Source: an uncultured Gemmatimonadaceae bacterium (GTDB taxonomy: Bacteria > Gemmatimonadota > Gemmatimonadetes > Gemmatimonadales > Gemmatimonadaceae). Taken from it: a DNA stretch of 64,000 bases. Positions 59,912 through 64,000 of the stretch are shown here, one piece after another. Made by a program: the position numbers and the translations under genes. The number at the start of each line of letters is the position of its first letter. Position 1 is the first letter of the stretch. The stretch spans positions 576,001 to 640,000 of the forward strand of contig CAWFQK010000002.1 of NCBI GenBank assembly GCA_963817955.1. Direction: 5' to 3'. The notes beneath the pieces are model-generated. The model saw nothing but the letters and a program-made list of their open reading frames with translations, did not search any database and was not told where the DNA came from.

Positions 59912-62047
59912 ATGCGTTCGCATATGCTGCTCGGCTTCGCCCTATCCGCGCTTGTCGCGGATAGGGCCGACGCCCAAGTCGCAGCGCGCGACAGTACAGT
60001 TGGTCTTCCGGGCGTCACCGTCACCGCGACTCGCAGCGATGCATCGATCCTCAAGGTGCCATTCGCCATTTCCAAGATCACCGCATCAGATCTTCGCGCG
60101 GTCAGCGGCTACGGACTCGAGGACGCGCTCGCCCGCGTTCCCGGCGTGATCGCGCAATCGCGTTACGGAACGAGCGACGTCCGGCTGATCATACGCGGGT
60201 TTGGCGCGCGCGGTGCGGGTGATCGCTCGAACTCCGGAACCTCGCGCGGGATTCGTGTGCTGCTCGACGGTTTTCCTGAAACCGAGCCAGACGGCCGCAC
60301 AGCGTTCGACAACATCGATCTGGCAACAGCCGAAGCCGTTGAGGTTATCCGATCGAACGCCTCCGCGCTGTGGGGAAATGGGGCGGGCGGCGTCGTCAAC
60401 ATTCTGTCGGTGCCAACCGGCAACACGCCGTCATTCGATCTCCAGCCGGTCGTCGGTGGGTTCGGCCTCGAGCGCTATGCGCTCCGCGCATCGGCGCCGA
60501 TCGGCAACGGGACGGCCTGGCTGGCCTTCACCAACTCCTCGTTCGGCGGCTGGCGTCAGCACTCCGACGCGCGTCGATCGGTACTGAATGCCGGCGCAAC
60601 GGGAAGCGTCGGGAGGAGTTCGCGTTTGGGGATATACCTCGTGGCGACGAATAACCTGATGCACATCCCAGGTCCGCTCACGCAGGCGCAGGTTGACGCC
60701 GACCCGACCCAGGCGGATGCCGACTACCTGAGTCGCGACGAACGCCGATACGATCGTCTCGGACGTCTCGGTGTCTCGGTGGATCATGAGCTTGATCCGA
60801 CGACATCGATCTCGTCCCGGGTCTTCGTCAACCCGAAATATCTCTAGCGGTCGGAACGCAACACGTTCCGCGACTTCACCCGGTATCACATCGGCGGCAA
60901 CATCGTTGCACGGAAAGACGTCGCGATCGGCACCACGCGGTCGCACGTCACTGCTGGCGTGGACGAAGCCTATCAGGATGGATCGATCCTGTTCTATTCT
61001 CTAGCCGCCGGCTCGACGCGCGGCGCGCTGGTCGACAACAAGAGCGAAGGCGCACAGAACGTTGGCTTCTTCGCGCAGGACGAACTCGCGGTCAGCGACC
61101 GGCTGTCGTTCGTCATTGGCGGCCGCTACGACAAGATCGTCTACACCTATCGCAGCTTCCTGCCGGCGGCGCTCGTCAAGCAACAGTCGAAGGACTTCGA
61201 TCGCCTCTCGCCCAAGCTCGGACTGACCTGGATGCTCGGCAAATCCAACAGTCTCTACGCCAACGTCGGCGGCGGGATCGAGGCGCCAGCCGGGAACGAA
61301 ACCGATCAGCCGCCCACGGGTCCGATCGCAGGGGCGCTCCTCAACCCGTTGCTCGACGCGATCACGTCGACGACGTATGAGATCGGAGCGAAGTCACTCG
61401 GCATGATGGTGTTTGATACACCATTCAAGGTGGGATACGACGTGGCCGCGTACCACACGAACGTCAGGAACGAGATCATTCCCTACAGCGGTGGCCGGTA
61501 CTATCAGACAGCGGCGAAGGCTCGGCGCAACGGTGTGGAGCTCGGACTCAACGTCCAGTCCGCCCATGGTTTGTTCGCCAACGCGGCGTTCACGCTCAAC
61601 GACCACAAGTACTCCATGTACATCGTCGACTCGTCGGTCATCGATATGTCGAAGGAGGGGAAGACGGTCAACCTCAGCGGCAATCAAGTCATGGGAGTAC
61701 CGAACCTGATGTCGAACGTCGAACTGGGGAGCGAGATCCCCGGCCTGCGCACCGCGCGCATCAAGGGCGTGATGGAACATTCCGGCAAGTACTTCGCGAA
61801 CGATCTCAATACGATCGTGATTCCTGCATACACGATATTCAATGTGACAGCGGAGCTTCGAAGCCCGATCGTCGCTGCGAACGGATGGGGGGTGCGAGGA
61901 TTCGTCACGGTGCACAATGTCGCCGACACGAAGTACATCGGTTCGGCGTTCCTGAATCCAGATCTCGTCGACGGACAACCGGCAGTGTTCGAACCCGGAA
62001 TGCCACGTGCCGTGACGGTGTCATTCTCGCTCGGGCGAATACGCTAG
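59912..62047 (+). pseudogene. TonB-dependent receptor interrupted by one in-frame TAG (60845-60847)
   Basis: Signal peptide, VTVTATR, plug motifs, barrel ending PRAVTVSFSL; both halves in the same frame with open sequence between. Confidence 0.8.
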
Positions 62048-62090
62048 TCTGCCCGTCGTGCTGGCGACTTTCCGCGCCAGGATCATGACC

Positions 62091-62134
62091 GGAAAAAGAA
62101 ACGCCCGCGCTTTCGCGCGGGCGTTTCTTTTTCC
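62091..62134. terminator. Bidirectional intrinsic terminator
   Basis: Perfect 20-bp inverted repeat with A/T flanks between convergent genes. Confidence 0.9.
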
Positions 62135-62161
62135 TCTTTCCTCACCTTTCGATCATCACCC

Positions 62162-64000
62162 TCATGGCACCAGTGCGGGCGCACTGGGAGCCGGCGCATA
62201 GATGCCGTTGAACAGGAACTTGAACGTCCCGTGTGGCTGGCCGCGGAACGTGATCTCCGGGCCGAAGAGGTAGACTTTCCCCTTCCCGTAACTGGATTCG
62301 ACGACCGCTGCACCGCCCTCGAGGTAGTTCTGTCCCCATGCCCAGCCACTGCGCAGCGGACTCGAGTTGTCGAACCACGCCACCGCACGGGTGCCCTTGT
62401 TGATCGCGTCCGGCTTGAGCCGGAACACGGGACTGTTGTCGAAGAAGACGTCGAGTTGCTGCGACAGGCCCGCCGCGACCGGTTGGTTGTTGTCCACCGA
62501 CACGCGCAGGATCGAACCCGGCACATAGTACTCCTCACCGGTCAGCGCGCGATCGGGCTGCCCCGGTGCTCGCACGACCAGGTGGTTCTCGATCGGCAGA
62601 TCGAGCGCATAGCCGATCGACGTCGCCGTGCCAACGCTGATGACAGTTCCGCCGTCGTTCAGGAACTGCTTGATCGCCGGCAGGCTCTTCTCTGGTGTCA
62701 GGCTGCCCTGCATCTTCTGGAACTCGGCTGGGACTGCCGCCGCAGCGCCGCCCCGCCCACCGCCACCCCCACGGCCGGCGCTGAACGCCGAGCCGCCCGC
62801 GCCACGAATCTGCGCGCCTGAGGGGAGGAGGAGCACGTCGAACTTGCTCTTCAGGTTACCCGCGTCGATGTCCTGCGGGTACACCAGTTGATAGGGAATC
62901 TCGAATTGCTCGAACTCGTAGCGCGTCCAACCGCTCGTCATCGAGCCGCCGTATTGATCGTAGAGCGCGATCCGCTTCTGTGCGACCTTCTCGGCGTCCA
63001 TCGGACGCGCCGTCACGCCCACGAAGCTGACACCGAGATCGACTGCCGACTTCTGGATCGTCGGAAGAGCGCTGGCGCTGATGAAGTAGGTCCCCGCGGG
63101 ATACGTCTTCCCGTTTGCCTGCACGGGCGCTTTCAGCCAGAAGACCTCACCGCCACTCTTGAAGACGCGATTGATCACCGTCACTGCATCGTTGTAGTCG
63201 TGCGACAACAGGAAGCCCGCGGCGCCCTGCTGGTTGACGACCGTGCCGGCCAGCGGCTTGGCGAGCCCCTCGATGCGCTTGGTCGGCGCATCAAAACCGT
63301 CGAGCACCCGGTCGAACTTCACACCCATGTCGTAGGCCAAGGTCCAGCCGGCGTTGTCGTACGGACGCTTCGGCGGGCCGCCCGGATAGGCGAAGTCGTT
63401 CGGGTGGTCCTGCGGTTCCATCATGTCGAGCACCTGCGCGCGCGCCGCCTGTGCGGTCTTGATGACGTACGACCCAGTGGGATACTGCTTGCCATTCACC
63501 GAGAATGGTGCCGTCGCCTGATCGACGTACACGCCGACGTGGCGCAGCGTGTTCACGAATTTCGTCGCCGTCGGGAAGTCCGGCTGGTCGGCGGACAGGA
63601 TGTAACCGCGCGGATTACGTGCGTCCTTGGCATGCAGCACGTTGTTGTAGACACTCAGCTGCGCGTCGAAGGAGCCGGCAGCCCCCCCGCGTCCGGCTGG
63701 AGCCGCTGGAGCCGCTGGAGCCGCACCACGGCCGCCGCGTCCACCGCGACCAGCGGGCGCGCCAGCCTGCTCGGCCGTCCCCGCGTTCAGGGCCGCTTCC
63801 GCCGCCGCCACACGCTTGCCACTGACGGTCCAGCTGTCGGTGCTGCCCGCGTCGATCGCGTGCTTCGCCATCAGGTACTTGTCATAGAGCAGCGTCTCGC
63901 GATAGCGCGACGCCAGATCGAAGATCGCGTAATTCGCCGAAACCGAGTAGTCGATCGACTGGCGGAAGTGCCAGACCTGTGGCGCGACGGGCGCGGGCGT
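62162..64000 (-). CDS. C-terminal part of a large M14-like metallopeptidase with GATase-like domain (5' end outside window)
   Basis: Frame open to 64000; WHFRQSIDY, PYDNAGWTL, GWTR, FRGQPHGTFKFLFN; catalytic motifs not in window. Confidence 0.7.
   Translation of the reverse strand, partial: TPAPVAPQVWHFRQSIDYSVSANYAIFDLASRYRETLLYDKYLMAKHAIDAGSTDSWTVSGKRVAAAEAALNAGTAEQAGAPAGRGGRGGRGAAPAAPAAPAGRGGAAGSFDAQLSVYNNVLHAKDARNPRGYILSADQPDFPTATKFVNTLRHVGVYVDQATAPFSVNGKQYPTGSYVIKTAQAARAQVLDMMEPQDHPNDFAYPGGPPKRPYDNAGWTLAYDMGVKFDRVLDGFDAPTKRIEGLAKPLAGTVVNQQGAAGFLLSHDYNDAVTVINRVFKSGGEVFWLKAPVQANGKTYPAGTYFISASALPTIQKSAVDLGVSFVGVTARPMDAEKVAQKRIALYDQYGGSMTSGWTRYEFEQFEIPYQLVYPQDIDAGNLKSKFDVLLLPSGAQIRGAGGSAFSAGRGGGGGRGGAAAAVPAEFQKMQGSLTPEKSLPAIKQFLNDGGTVISVGTATSIGYALDLPIENHLVVRAPGQPDRALTGEEYYVPGSILRVSVDNNQPVAAGLSQQLDVFFDNSPVFRLKPDAINKGTRAVAWFDNSSPLRSGWAWGQNYLEGGAAVVESSYGKGKVYLFGPEITFRGQPHGTFKFLFNGIYAPAPSAPALVP

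Noticed and set aside
60845..60847. Pyrrolysine insertion
   Set aside because: No pyl genes in the window and not a methylamine methyltransferase context
63693..63724. 9-bp tandem repeat GCTGGAGCC
   Set aside because: Encodes an Ala/Pro linker within the peptidase
1..64000. Numerous long overlapping opposite-strand ORFs; prophage, IS, tRNA or rRNA genes
   Set aside because: Overlapping ORFs are Arg/Ala-rich high-GC shadows without motifs; no recognisable phage, transposase or structural RNA signatures were seen by eye

Overview
High-GC bacterial chromosomal window; gene content and style suggest Gemmatimonadota (inference, not tested). About 59 CDS, mostly housekeeping or scavenging: murQ-anmK, ggt, priA, glyQS, purA, trpS, pilT-like, FTCD, many peptidases, a TonB receptor broken by one in-frame TAG. 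No rRNA, tRNA, CRISPR, transposase or phage genes were recognised. Highlights: (1) a Cyc2-like monoheme cytochrome-porin (candidate outer-membrane iron oxidase) divergent from a lipoprotein and a 150-triplet collagen-like protein; (2) a tightly coupled 10-gene operon linking a GAF kinase, a ubiquitin-like (YukD/EsaB-like) protein, a MoxR-VWA/BatA/DUF4175/DUF4159 module and an HDAC-family enzyme; (3) a dispersed composite repeat (hairpin + GTAG-type REP + 7-bp periodic tail), one copy MITE-like; (4) a sigma70 promoter followed at once by a terminator hairpin in the purA leader; (5) several apparently leaderless genes and two genes that seem to need non-canonical start codons. All family calls are from motif recognition by eye; no searches were run.
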